A DNA stretch of 64,000 bases from the NCBI GenBank assembly GCA_041750255.1, contig JBGSZT010000054.1, positions 122 through 64,121 on the forward strand, written 5' to 3'. Every line of letters begins with the position of its first letter. Positions within the stretch are counted from its first letter, which is position 1. A program made the translations under genes and the position numbers. The notes under the pieces were generated by a model. It was not told the DNA's origin, did no database searches, and saw nothing but the letters and a program-made list of their open reading frames with translations. This DNA is from Synechocystis sp. GTDB taxonomy: Bacteria > Cyanobacteriota > Cyanobacteriia > Cyanobacteriales > Microcystaceae. This document shows positions 43,985 to 53,551 of this stretch, one piece after another.

Positions 43985-44437
43985 TCATGGGGATGTGATC
44001 TGCCCCAAACTTTCACCCAATTGGAAGCCGATCGCCTTTTTTTTCATCATCTGAAAAATATTGTAAAATCCATTGGCGCGGGAAGGGGTCAGGCTCACTT
44101 GTAATCCCGTCGCTTCGATAAAATCGGGCGTTACTTGACTGATTTCCTCTGGGGTCAACCCATTTAAGCCCTGGATGAGCAACGCCACTAGACCCTTGAC
44201 CAATTGGGCATCGGAATCCCCCTGATAGTAAACTTTACCTTCCTTGAGGTCAGCGGTGATAAAGACTTGGGAAACACAGCCCTCCACTTTATTTTCTGGA
44301 GTTTTGGCGGCATCGGGCATGGCATCCAACTTTTTGGCATACCAAAGCAACTGTTCGTAGCGTTTTTTGGGGTCGCTGTGACGCTGGAAGCGCTCAACAA
44401 TCTTAGCTAAATTTGGGGGCAAGACGGCGTTAGGCAT
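43985..44437 (-). CDS. sufE: Fe-S assembly sulfur acceptor SufE
   Basis: KRYEQLL, KVEGCVSQV, GDSDAQLVKGL, LTPSRANGF. Confidence 0.95.
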   Translation of the reverse strand: MPNAVLPPNLAKIVERFQRHSDPKKRYEQLLWYAKKLDAMPDAAKTPENKVEGCVSQVFITADLKEGKVYYQGDSDAQLVKGLVALLIQGLNGLTPEEISQVTPDFIEATGLQVSLTPSRANGFYNIFQMMKKKAIGFQLGESLGQITSP

Positions 44438-44569
44438 CGGGCGCAGAATAGATGGCAATTACAAAACATTTTTCCTGTCCCAATTATAGAAGTTTTGTTT
44501 GGTCGTATTTCCTCGATATCAACAAAAAAACCTGATAGGATCAGTGGGATCTTTGACAGGCTTAGAGTT

Positions 44570-46300
44570 TTGAAACCCCGTTCCCATTACTGGCGCTTAG
44601 TTCCCTACATTCATTCCCACCTGCGAACTATCAGTTTTGCCTTCCTTTGTACTCTAGTGTTTACGGTTTTTTGGCCAATTTTAGCCTGGCTGGTGGGTCA
44701 GATGGCGGAGTCCATCGGCGACGGAAATGTGGAATCGATTCTCCGTTTGGCAGGGATGGCGGCGGTGATTTTTTTGGTACGGGGAGCCGCCCAGTATGGC
44801 CAAGATTCCCTCATGGCTCGAGCGGCCCTGACCATTGCTTTTGACCTACGGCGCCGGATGTACAAGCATCTCCAGTCCTTGAGTTTGCCCTATTTTGAAT
44901 CGGCTAAAACCGGGGATTTGGCCTATCGTTTGACCGAGGATATTGACCGCATTGGAGAGGTGGTTAATAAACTATTCCATGACTTCGTGCCCTCGGTTCT
45001 ACAACTGATTGTGGTCTTTGGCTATATGTTTTGGGTCAATTGGGCTCTAACCTGTGCGGTTCTTGTGGTTGCGCCTTTGATGGCGGTGTTAATTGGCTTT
45101 TTTGGTGAACAACTGCTCAAGTTTAGTCGCCGCAGTCAGAACCGCATTTCTAATTTATCGTCACTGATCACCGAAGCCTTGGCCGGGATTCGCCTGATCA
45201 AAGCCTTTGCCGCCGAGGAGTATCAATTGGGTCTTTTCACCCAAGAAGCTCGACACCATCGCCAGGCTCAATTCATGGCGGAGCAGGTCAAAGCTCTCCA
45301 GTTTGTGGTAGTGGGGTTTCTCGAAGCCATGGGAGTGGTTTTTCTCTTTTGTTTGGCGGCTTGGCAGATTTCCTTGGGAAATTTAACCGGCATCAGTTTT
45401 ATTAGCTACATCGCCGCGGTGGCGATGCTGATTGACCCGATTAGTCATATCACCAGCGATTACAATTTGTTTAAACAGGGAGAAGCCTCGATTGATCGTA
45501 TTTTTGAATTACTTGCCCTGGAGCCTGTGGTACAAGACCATCCCCAGGCGATCGCCATTGCGGGCATGACCGGCGCGGTGGAGTATCGCCATGTGGGTTT
45601 TGAATATTTACCCGGCAAACCCGTTTTGCGAGATATAAGTTTCCAAGCCAACCCCGGAGAAATGATTGCCCTGGTGGGGGCGTCCGGGGCGGGAAAAAGC
45701 ACCTTGGTAAACCTATTAATGCGGCTCTACAATGCCAGTAGTGGGCAGGTTATCATTGATGGAACGCCGGTGGAAGAGATTACCCTCAAGGGTTTGCGCC
45801 AGCACATTGCCATTGTGCCCCAGGAAAATATTCTGTTTTCAGGTACCATTGCCCAAAATATTGCCTTTGGTCAGACAGACCTGGATCTAACGGCGATCGA
45901 AGAGGCCGCTCGCATTGCCAACGCCCATCAATTTATCTGTGAACTATCCCAGGGCTACCACACCTACGTCGGCGAGCGGGGCGTTAATCTTTCGGGGGGT
46001 CAGCGCCAACGCATTGCCATTGCCCGCGCCATTTTACGCAACCCCGCCATTTTGATTTTGGATGAAGCCACTTCCGCCCTAGACTCAGAATCCGAAGCCT
46101 TGGTGCAAGAAGCCCTTGACCGCATTACCAAGGAAAGAACCGTTTTTGTGATTGCCCACCGCTTGGCCACCGTGCGCCGAGCCACACGCATTTTGGTCTT
46201 GGAGCAGGGAGAAATTATCGAATCAGGAACCCACGAAGGTTTAATGGCCCAGGCGGGACGCTACGCCGGTTTCCATGCCCAGCAATTTTCTCTCTCTTGA
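44570..46300 (+). CDS. ABC exporter, fused permease/ATPase (MsbA-like)
   Basis: Six TM segments, GASGAGKS, LSGGQRQR, ILDEATSALD, IAHRL; TTG start inferred at 44570. Confidence 0.93.
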   Translation: MKPRSHYWRLVPYIHSHLRTISFAFLCTLVFTVFWPILAWLVGQMAESIGDGNVESILRLAGMAAVIFLVRGAAQYGQDSLMARAALTIAFDLRRRMYKHLQSLSLPYFESAKTGDLAYRLTEDIDRIGEVVNKLFHDFVPSVLQLIVVFGYMFWVNWALTCAVLVVAPLMAVLIGFFGEQLLKFSRRSQNRISNLSSLITEALAGIRLIKAFAAEEYQLGLFTQEARHHRQAQFMAEQVKALQFVVVGFLEAMGVVFLFCLAAWQISLGNLTGISFISYIAAVAMLIDPISHITSDYNLFKQGEASIDRIFELLALEPVVQDHPQAIAIAGMTGAVEYRHVGFEYLPGKPVLRDISFQANPGEMIALVGASGAGKSTLVNLLMRLYNASSGQVIIDGTPVEEITLKGLRQHIAIVPQENILFSGTIAQNIAFGQTDLDLTAIEEAARIANAHQFICELSQGYHTYVGERGVNLSGGQRQRIAIARAILRNPAILILDEATSALDSESEALVQEALDRITKERTVFVIAHRLATVRRATRILVLEQGEIIESGTHEGLMAQAGRYAGFHAQQFSLS

Positions 46301-46310
46301 ATTCAAAGTT

Positions 46311-46976
46311 CTATGGCTTTTTTGACGCTAGCATGAGGCCATCGCCCAGGGGAACCAGACTCGTAATAATACGCTTGTCCGTTGCTAATTTTTGATTAAA
46401 AGCTCGTAGGGTAAGGGTCGTCGGGTCTTGAATGGTTTCATCGGCGACCTTGCCATACCAGAGGATGTTATCCACCACAATCACTCCCCTGGGACGTAGA
46501 AGTTGCAAACTATATTCAAAATAACGGTCATAGTTGCGCTTATCCGCATCAATGAAAATTAAATCAAATCTATCTTTTTTTTCGTGGTGAAGAAGTCGCT
46601 CTAGGGTTTCTAGGGCCGGCGCTAAATACAGCTCTATTTTCTCTTTCACACCGGCTCGTTGCCAAAAATCTGCGGCGATCGCCGTATCGTGAGCACTAAT
46701 ATCACAGGTGATCAAACGCCCAGACGGGGGCAAGGCTAAGGCGATCGCCAGGGCACTATAGCCACGAAAGGTACCAATCTCTAGCACCTGAGTCGCTGAC
46801 AAGAGGTGAATCAAGAGCGACAAAAATTGCGCTTGCTCCGGGGTGATCTGCATCTGAGCACCGGAGAGATGGGCGGTTTCCTGTCGGAGCTGGGCTAGCC
46901 AAGGGGATTCTGGGGCGGTGAGGGAACGGAGGTAGTGTTGTAGAGATGGCTCAAAGCCTGTGGTCAATTTTGTCAT
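46311..46976 (-). CDS. Cation-dependent O-methyltransferase (caffeoyl-CoA OMT-like)
   Basis: [30 protein letters not shown]. Confidence 0.93.
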   Translation of the reverse strand: MTKLTTGFEPSLQHYLRSLTAPESPWLAQLRQETAHLSGAQMQITPEQAQFLSLLIHLLSATQVLEIGTFRGYSALAIALALPPSGRLITCDISAHDTAIAADFWQRAGVKEKIELYLAPALETLERLLHHEKKDRFDLIFIDADKRNYDRYFEYSLQLLRPRGVIVVDNILWYGKVADETIQDPTTLTLRAFNQKLATDKRIITSLVPLGDGLMLASKKP

Positions 46977-46991
46977 GGGATTTGGCTTTTC

Positions 46992-47627
46992 TTAGCCCGG
47001 TTGAGTAAAAATACTCAGTAAAACCGGGCCCAGGAGATAATAATGCCCCTGGCATTGCAAACCGCTAGTTTGGGCTAATTCTTGCCGTTTTTGGGCTGAG
47101 TAAAATTTGAGCCCACCGGGCGTTAAGGATAGCGAAGACCCCAGGCATCGGGGGCTGTAATCTGCGAGATAAAATTTTCCTTGGGGGCGTAAAACCCGCG
47201 CAATTTCCTGGAAAACCCGTTGGGGGTCTGGGTAATGCAAGAAACTAATGGTATTAAAGACCGCGTCAAATTGGCGTGCGGCTGAAGCCGTGCCTTTGGC
47301 ATCGCCGCTGGGAATAGACTCCGCATTACCGGGACAAAAAATAAGACGGGGATGGTGCTGGTTTTTGCGGCGGGCCTGACGTAGCATTACCGGAGACAGG
47401 TCTAGCCCCAGCCCCCGCAGATCTGGAAAGCGAGCCGCTAGGCGATTAAGAAATTTACCTGTCCCACAGCCAAGATCCAGTACCTGGGCTTGGGCCGGTA
47501 AGCTGACGTAGTCCAAAAGCCTCTGGTGAATGGCTTGATAAAACACCGTCGTCAATAAACAATCGTAGCCAGGGGCCCAACGGTCAAAAAAGTCGGTTTT
47601 TTGCTCGAAAAAAGATGTTTTTGACAT
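46992..47627 (-). CDS. Class I SAM-dependent methyltransferase with an 8-aa insertion
   Basis: VLDLGCGTG, GLDLS, FDAVFNTISFLHY, RVLRPQG. Confidence 0.92.
   Translation of the reverse strand: MSKTSFFEQKTDFFDRWAPGYDCLLTTVFYQAIHQRLLDYVSLPAQAQVLDLGCGTGKFLNRLAARFPDLRGLGLDLSPVMLRQARRKNQHHPRLIFCPGNAESIPSGDAKGTASAARQFDAVFNTISFLHYPDPQRVFQEIARVLRPQGKFYLADYSPRCLGSSLSLTPGGLKFYSAQKRQELAQTSGLQCQGHYYLLGPVLLSIFTQPG
47277..47300. mobile_element. 24-bp small dispersed repeat (SDR5-like) inserted in a HIP1 site
   Basis: GGCG|TGCGGCTGAAGCCGTGCCTTTGGC|ATCGCC; removing it restores GGCGATCGCC; contains two mini-hairpins. Confidence 0.8.
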
Positions 47628-47686
47628 GATTTAGTAGGTAGATGTAATGATGTAATTAAATTAATCATAGGTTTTATGCTCTCATC

Positions 47687-48184
47687 CTACCAACCCCACG
47701 TGCCGACCCCTCCCTTAAAAGGGCCGACGATGGCTGAGGTGATCCAACCGCCATAGAAGTCTCCGGGTTGAGCCTGGACTATTTCGCCATCTACGCTACA
47801 AAGATCCATGCGACTGGGATAGAAAGCGACATAATTTTGGATTACGCCATAGGCATCCGTGGGCTCTGGATAAAACCAGGCGGCATCCTCTGCTTGGCGA
47901 TCGCCAACGATGAGAGTGTAATAATGGGCTTGACCTTTCCATTCACAATAGGACTGCCGCTGACTGGGGTGCAAATATTGAGTTTGAATATCCTCCGGCG
48001 GGATGTAATAAACCGGCGGGTGGCTGGTTTCGAGCAGGCGTTGACTGCGCTGAGTCGTCGCAATGACCACGTCATTAAAAATAATTTGTACGGTTTGTGT
48101 ACTAAGCTCAACCCGAGGTGGCCGGGGATAATCCCAGACGGATTCTTGACCGGCTTGGGGTTCAATGCGTTGCGAAAAAAACAT
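47687..48184 (-). CDS. DUF427-domain protein
   Basis: ESVWDYPRPP, LETSHPPVYYIP, CEWKGQA, FYGGWIT. Confidence 0.9.
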   Translation of the reverse strand: MFFSQRIEPQAGQESVWDYPRPPRVELSTQTVQIIFNDVVIATTQRSQRLLETSHPPVYYIPPEDIQTQYLHPSQRQSYCEWKGQAHYYTLIVGDRQAEDAAWFYPEPTDAYGVIQNYVAFYPSRMDLCSVDGEIVQAQPGDFYGGWITSAIVGPFKGGVGTWGW

Positions 48185-48294
48185 GGTGCTAGACGTGGTT
48201 TGAGGATTAACTATTCTAAGCTAGCGGTGTGGGCGAAACAATGCCTTAAAATGGGAGCAACTTTAGGTCTAGAGATGAACCGTTTAGGGCAATA

Positions 48295-48999
48295 ATGCAA
48301 AAATTTTTACAACGAATTTGGGATGCACTTAAAAACGTTTGGCGGCAAATGCTAGGAGAAAGCTCCGGAGCAAGGACACGGCGCCATCGTCTGGCGGGGG
48401 ATGTTGCCCTAGAGCCCCTTTCCGATACCGACTATGAATTTTTGTTTAACCAACTCCTCGAAGGCATTGCCCATGGTTGGCACGAAGGTCGGATTCTAAA
48501 ATTCTTTGATCAACTTGGCGATCGGGGCAAAACCAAGCCTTGGGTAGGTTGGCTGGAGCGTTTTCAGGCAAAGGTCTTGGCTTCTCCGTCCCCCAATCTA
48601 ATTTTGGCGGCTCGATTACTGCGCTTGGCAGAATTAGCCCAATCCTTTCCTCGCTTGGAGCCGATTAGTCAGCAGGCCTACGCCATCGGACACCGGCTCT
48701 ATGCGCGTCAAGCCCCCGATGCGACGATTTGGGAATATGACGGCCCAGAATTTGAGTCTTTGCCCGTGGTTGATAGTTCCCAAGACCTGGCTCCAGAGCC
48801 GGAAACCGAAACCTATACCCTAGAGCAATTGGCAGAAAAATTAAAATTAGACCCAGAGTTTGCTCGCCAGATAGCCCACGATTTGGGCATCGACAGCATC
48901 GACCCTGAGACAATTGTTCAAATTTTAGTTCAGCAGTTTCAGGAGAGTCAAGCCGCTTCTCCTGAAAATACGACCAATGGAGCGCAAAACCCTGTTTAA
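48295..48999 (+). CDS. Hypothetical cyanobacterial protein
   Basis: 234-aa ORF (DYEFLF.QLLEG..HGW, IWEYDGP); function not recognised. Confidence 0.7.
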   Translation: MQKFLQRIWDALKNVWRQMLGESSGARTRRHRLAGDVALEPLSDTDYEFLFNQLLEGIAHGWHEGRILKFFDQLGDRGKTKPWVGWLERFQAKVLASPSPNLILAARLLRLAELAQSFPRLEPISQQAYAIGHRLYARQAPDATIWEYDGPEFESLPVVDSSQDLAPEPETETYTLEQLAEKLKLDPEFARQIAHDLGIDSIDPETIVQILVQQFQESQAASPENTTNGAQNPV

Positions 49000-49448
49000 A
49001 GCTCTAGAATCACGCTATCGGAAAGCTGAAATAGGGTAGCCATCTCCTTAAGAAAACTCACGCATTGCAGGGGAGTCATAGAATTGGGGCGAAATAGAGC
49101 AGATCCAGAGTACTTAAGTACTATGTTATTGACTTGCTCTCTATTTAAATCGGTGAGTTGGATCGCCTGCATAGACCAAACCTCAAATAGCCGCTTGGAA
49201 ATAGACTGACACTCGATTAAAAGGGGCCCATGGTGACGTTCATCCCTAGCAATGCGATGGTAGGTAGTGCTGACTTTTTCTTGATCGCCTTCTAGGAGCT
49301 GCAAAAACATAGAATCGCCATAGCACAGAAGACCTGTGATACCGTCTTCCTTATTATTTTTGGTGGAGGCCTCCATAATATCCTTCAGTTCCTGTATATC
49401 CAGGTCGGGCTTGGCATAGCTACTGTAAATTACGCGATATAAGTTCAT
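48996..49448 (-). CDS. pixD: BLUF blue-light photoreceptor, PixD-like
   Basis: LYRVIYSS (Tyr), NNKEDGITGLL, FLQLLEG (Gln), DERH, WSM; size and C-terminal helices as in Slr1694. Confidence 0.9.
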   Translation of the reverse strand: MNLYRVIYSSYAKPDLDIQELKDIMEASTKNNKEDGITGLLCYGDSMFLQLLEGDQEKVSTTYHRIARDERHHGPLLIECQSISKRLFEVWSMQAIQLTDLNREQVNNIVLKYSGSALFRPNSMTPLQCVSFLKEMATLFQLSDSVILEL

Positions 49449-49728
49449 GGTTTAGAAGTTTTTGTGGACGTTATGTATGAATGAACAGCTTAGGATTCCC
49501 CAAAGCCCCCGTAATGTAACATTTCGTTCATATTTGTGCTTTGGGATTGCTGATTTTTGCTGACATTGACGGCTGAGTAGACGGTATTTGGCCAGTAGGC
49601 GTACTCGACTCGGTTTCTCAATGACCTCGATCAGATACCCTAGAAAGCAGAAAGGGAGAACTGCAAACTCTCCCCTTCGATCAAACGCTAAAAATCGCTA
49701 ACCAATAACGTAAGGGGACTCTAGCACC

Positions 49729-49956
49729 ATGGCGACCGTTACGGACTCAGATTTAAAAGAAATTAAAGACCTAATCACTGACATCAAAGTCAGTCAGGCG
49801 GAAATAAAAGGACAGTTAAATGGTATTGATAAACGCCTAGAAATTGTCGAAAGCCGTATCAATAGCCTAACCGGATGGTTAATCGGAATCTTGTTTGCGC
49901 TAGTCGGGGGATTGTTGGGATTGCTAGGCAAGCTGACTTTTTTCCCGAATCCATGA
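49729..49956 (+). CDS. Small coiled-coil protein with C-terminal TM helix
   Basis: Heptad region followed by WLIGILFALVGGLLGLLG; AAGGGG SD-like sequence upstream. Confidence 0.7.
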   Translation: MATVTDSDLKEIKDLITDIKVSQAEIKGQLNGIDKRLEIVESRINSLTGWLIGILFALVGGLLGLLGKLTFFPNP

Positions 49957-49966
49957 GCATTGACAG

Positions 49967-51628
49967 CTACCAGCTCACCCGCCCCTGCAATTTATTCAAT
50001 TTACCGGCTTTAATGCCATCCACACGCCGTAAATCATCGATCGCCGTAAAGGGTTGAGTTTCGCGGGCGCTAATAATCCGTTTCGCTAAACCAGGGCCAA
50101 TGCCAGGTAGGGTTTCCAATTCAGCTTGGCTGGCGGTGTTGAGGTTGACCAGACCAGAGGTTGTGGCCACGGGCAAGGGTTTAGAGTCGGTTTGTGTGCC
50201 TTGGGCACAGGCTTTGCTCTCCTTGGCGATGCGACCTTGGAGCCAACCCGGTAAGCCCCACTGAGCATCCGCTTGTAGCCGCGCCATTTCCCGCTGATAA
50301 TGGGCTCCAATAACATTATTTTCGATAATAAGCAGGGTTTCATCATTTTGGTAATTGGCGGTAGGTGACCAATTGTGGGAGCCGGTAATGACAATTCGAC
50401 CGTCGATCAGCCCTAGCTTATGGTGCAGTTTGTCCCCCTCTGCTAGGGCGGGAAGGCCCACAAAGGTGACCGGCTTCGGCCAGGGGTTGTTATTGGCCTC
50501 CACTCGGCATTTTTCGAGGAGAGTCACCCCCATCAAATCCAAGCCTTCACTGTAGGAGCGAAAGGCAAAGCCAGGGTCAATTAAGGTTTTAATCTCGACT
50601 CCGCGCTGGAAGGGTTGCTGTAAAACGTCGGCCAAGGGTTGTTCACTAAAGACAAAAAGGGCCAAATCAACGGATTTTTGAGCAGTACCCAGAAACCGCG
50701 CAATTAGGCCATTGCCAGTGTCTTCCCAGGCGACTTTGCGCGAATCCGGCGAAAATTTGAGGGTAATGCGGCTATTGCCTAGGCTGATCACCGCTGGCGA
50801 TCGCCGTTTTTTTTGAACTCCAAATTGACTATCGGCACTCCCGCCGGGGCCATCCCCCCAGAGCAGATCAAATTCTTCCCGAAAAAGCCGAGCTAGCTCC
50901 GGGGATTGCATCACTAACAAATTGTTGGCATTACCACGGGTTTCCGGGCGACCGTAGTCGCCGTGTTGGTCACTGAGGGTAAAATTGGCCGAGGTCACCA
51001 GCACCGTTTTTTGATCCACCAGCAAAAACTTGTGGTGCATCAGCCCCGACCCCTTGGAACCATCTTCGGTGTCATCAATCAGGGGCACTCCTCCCCGGCG
51101 CAAAATCTCGATGGCATCCCACTGCCCCGCTTCCTCTGGGCTAATGGTTCCATTGTGATCCCGGTCAATGAAGGCTTGGTAGTCCCCCAGGCGATCGTCG
51201 TCGCTGGTGCTGGCGTTGGTCTTTTCGGCAACGGAAAAATTATATTGATTTTCTAGGACTAAACGTACTTTGATGCCCTTTTGGTGTTTTTTAACCAAGG
51301 CCTGGGCCACCTGGGGCAGGCGCAGTTCCTGCACGGCCAAGTCGATTGAACTTTGGGCTTGGTCAATGGTGCTAAGGATAGTCGCTTCGAGGTTATCCCC
51401 GGGGCGCTGAATTTGGCGATAGGGGTCGCGGTACTGGGCGCCCTTGGCTTGGTTGTAGTTGAAATAAACTTGAATGTCGGGGTCCTGGGGCAGGGGGTCT
51501 AGACCCGGTTCAAGACTGACACGCTGGACAAGGAGGACACCGGCCGCGGCAAGGAAAACCAACAGTGCCAAGGCCCAACGGCGATCGCCGCGTAGAAATT
51601 TTTTCACCTGAATTCTGACTCCGCTCAA
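49967..51628 (-). CDS. comA: Competence nuclease ComA (two PLD domains plus ComEA-like HhH)
   Basis: MHHKFLLVD and LHHKLGLID HKD motifs, SANFT/GSHNWS, C-terminal VNLNTAS..LETLPGIGP; start codon uncertain. Confidence 0.85.
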   Translation of the reverse strand: MSGVRIQVKKFLRGDRRWALALLVFLAAAGVLLVQRVSLEPGLDPLPQDPDIQVYFNYNQAKGAQYRDPYRQIQRPGDNLEATILSTIDQAQSSIDLAVQELRLPQVAQALVKKHQKGIKVRLVLENQYNFSVAEKTNASTSDDDRLGDYQAFIDRDHNGTISPEEAGQWDAIEILRRGGVPLIDDTEDGSKGSGLMHHKFLLVDQKTVLVTSANFTLSDQHGDYGRPETRGNANNLLVMQSPELARLFREEFDLLWGDGPGGSADSQFGVQKKRRSPAVISLGNSRITLKFSPDSRKVAWEDTGNGLIARFLGTAQKSVDLALFVFSEQPLADVLQQPFQRGVEIKTLIDPGFAFRSYSEGLDLMGVTLLEKCRVEANNNPWPKPVTFVGLPALAEGDKLHHKLGLIDGRIVITGSHNWSPTANYQNDETLLIIENNVIGAHYQREMARLQADAQWGLPGWLQGRIAKESKACAQGTQTDSKPLPVATTSGLVNLNTASQAELETLPGIGPGLAKRIISARETQPFTAIDDLRRVDGIKAGKLNKLQGRVSW

Positions 51629-51672
51629 CCACTACCCCTAGAATAGAGCGAGAGATTCATTAATCGTTCCCC

Positions 51673-52113
51673 ATGCTGGCTTTTATTTCCCGTGTTTGTT
51701 GTGTTTTTTGGCTGTGGTTATCGTTAACGGCCTGTCAGACGACCTCTGCCGCTCCTCCGTTAGAATTTGCCCCCGATGGTGAGATTGTCAAAACGGCGAT
51801 CGCCTATCAACTCCAGCTCAGCCAAACTCGTCTTAGCCAACAACTCCAGGCAACACCTCCCGGGCTGGCGATCGATGGGATTAAGGTGAATCAGATTGAA
51901 CCCATAGAAGTGGGCGGGCTGGCGGCCTATCACCTGCGGGGACGCTATGACGTGACCCTGACCCTACCCCGACAAACCGTAACCCAAAAACACAATCCCT
52001 TTGATCTGTATCTACAACGTCAAAGTGAAGGCAAAAGTTGGCGACTACTCCAGCGTCAGGTTAAAGCCGACCAAACAGAGCAATGGACTAGCGACCTGAT
52101 TGAGGTTAGCTAG
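51673..52113 (+). CDS. Hypothetical cyanobacterial lipoprotein
   Basis: Lipobox LTAC; YHLRGRY, NPFDLYLQRQ.EGKSWRL. Confidence 0.75.
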   Translation: MLAFISRVCCVFWLWLSLTACQTTSAAPPLEFAPDGEIVKTAIAYQLQLSQTRLSQQLQATPPGLAIDGIKVNQIEPIEVGGLAAYHLRGRYDVTLTLPRQTVTQKHNPFDLYLQRQSEGKSWRLLQRQVKADQTEQWTSDLIEVS

Positions 52114-53551
52114 GTTCTGTTTTTAGAAAAAGACTCGGGGCGCGCAGGCTTTTTTCCAGTTGGGCTTCTGTCAGCACCGGAAAATAAACCTTAAAGGTGG
52201 TGCCTTGGCCCGGTTTACTAAATACTTCGATAAATCCACCATGGTTTTTGATAATGCGGGAGACCGTGGCCAATCCCAGTCCCGTGCCTTTACCCTTGGG
52301 TTTAGTGGTAAAAAACGGATCAAAAATATTGTTGATAACATCGGGGGGAATACCAACTCCGGTGTCGCCCACCGCAATCATAAGATACTCAGAAGCCCAA
52401 GTCTCCGGCTGTTTTTGGATATGCTGATCGCCGAAAACACATTGATCCACCGCAAGGGTGAGCTGACCCCCGTCGGGCATGGCGTCACGGGCATTAATAC
52501 AAAGATTGAGAACTATTTGGTAGATATGGGTGGCGTTAGCACTGATTAAGCCTAGGGGCTGGGGAGTCATATCCAGATTAAAACTAATCGAGGGCGGCAA
52601 GGAATGTTGGATGGTTTTGGCGATGTCGAGAATAAAACTGCGCGATGGCAGGGGGCTGTATCCGGGAGGATTGCCTTCGGTAAAGCGGAGCATATCTTGG
52701 ACGAGATCAACTCCACGTTGGATGCTGTCTTGGATCACTTCCCAGGCCTCTCCATGAGACTCGTCCGAGGGAGAATCTTGCATCAATTGCAGTTGGGCAA
52801 AGCAAAGAATAGGAGTGAAAACATTCTTCAGGTCGTGGGCAATGCCATTGGCCACGAGTCCCAGGCTTTCCACACGCTGAGCCCGCAGGAACTGATACTC
52901 TAGTATCTTGTTTTTGTTGTGGATTTCAGACAGTTCGTTAGTTTTTTCACTAATGCGTAGACCCAAGCATTCACAGGCAACCCGCAATTGAGCCTCTAGG
53001 CGGTGATGGGAGCTGACATCGTGGAGCGACCAGAGTAGCATCGGCGGCAAATGTTCGGTGGCGGGCAACGGAATAACCTGAATCGCGACGGCTAGGGGCG
53101 GTTGGTGGCGGACTTTGAGTAGGAGTTCGCCTTTTGCTTTACTCAGGCTGAGTAGTTCGGTTTGAAAGCGGGTGCGGTCAGATTTGTGAATGAGAAGCAG
53201 TAATGGTTTTCGGTGCAGGTAGAAGGGGGAAGAGAATCCACACATGGCGGCGGCGGTTTGGTTTACCTGTTGGATAACGCCGCTGTTGTCGGTGACTACA
53301 TAGCCACCGGGCGCACAATCAAAGAGGAGTTGGTAGCGTTGGCGTTCTTGCTCTAGGGAGTGCTGAGTTAAGAGCAATTGTTGATTTTGGTTTTGGAGTT
53401 CTTCTTGGGAGGTCTGCAACTCTTCTAAAACATGGTAGAGCTCTTGCACGGCTTTTTCCAAGAGGCTATGCTGAAGAGTGTCGCCCTGGACATATTTTTC
53501 GAGGAGGGAAACTGGCCGGTAAACGGCTTCGATTTGCTCAGAAATGCTCAT
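52106..53551 (-). CDS. PAS-domain sensor histidine kinase without receiver
   Basis: N-terminal coiled coil, PAS (LFDCAPGGYVVTD), H-box IAHDLKN, NLCINARDAM, DTGVGI, FFTTK, GTGLGL. Confidence 0.92.
   Translation of the reverse strand: MSISEQIEAVYRPVSLLEKYVQGDTLQHSLLEKAVQELYHVLEELQTSQEELQNQNQQLLLTQHSLEQERQRYQLLFDCAPGGYVVTDNSGVIQQVNQTAAAMCGFSSPFYLHRKPLLLLIHKSDRTRFQTELLSLSKAKGELLLKVRHQPPLAVAIQVIPLPATEHLPPMLLWSLHDVSSHHRLEAQLRVACECLGLRISEKTNELSEIHNKNKILEYQFLRAQRVESLGLVANGIAHDLKNVFTPILCFAQLQLMQDSPSDESHGEAWEVIQDSIQRGVDLVQDMLRFTEGNPPGYSPLPSRSFILDIAKTIQHSLPPSISFNLDMTPQPLGLISANATHIYQIVLNLCINARDAMPDGGQLTLAVDQCVFGDQHIQKQPETWASEYLMIAVGDTGVGIPPDVINNIFDPFFTTKPKGKGTGLGLATVSRIIKNHGGFIEVFSKPGQGTTFKVYFPVLTEAQLEKSLRAPSLFLKTEPS

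Noticed and set aside
49654-49674. GGGAGA...GCAAA...TCTCCC hairpin as a c-di-GMP-I riboswitch
   Set aside because: Lacks the GNRA tetraloop/receptor pair and two-stem architecture of GEMM motifs
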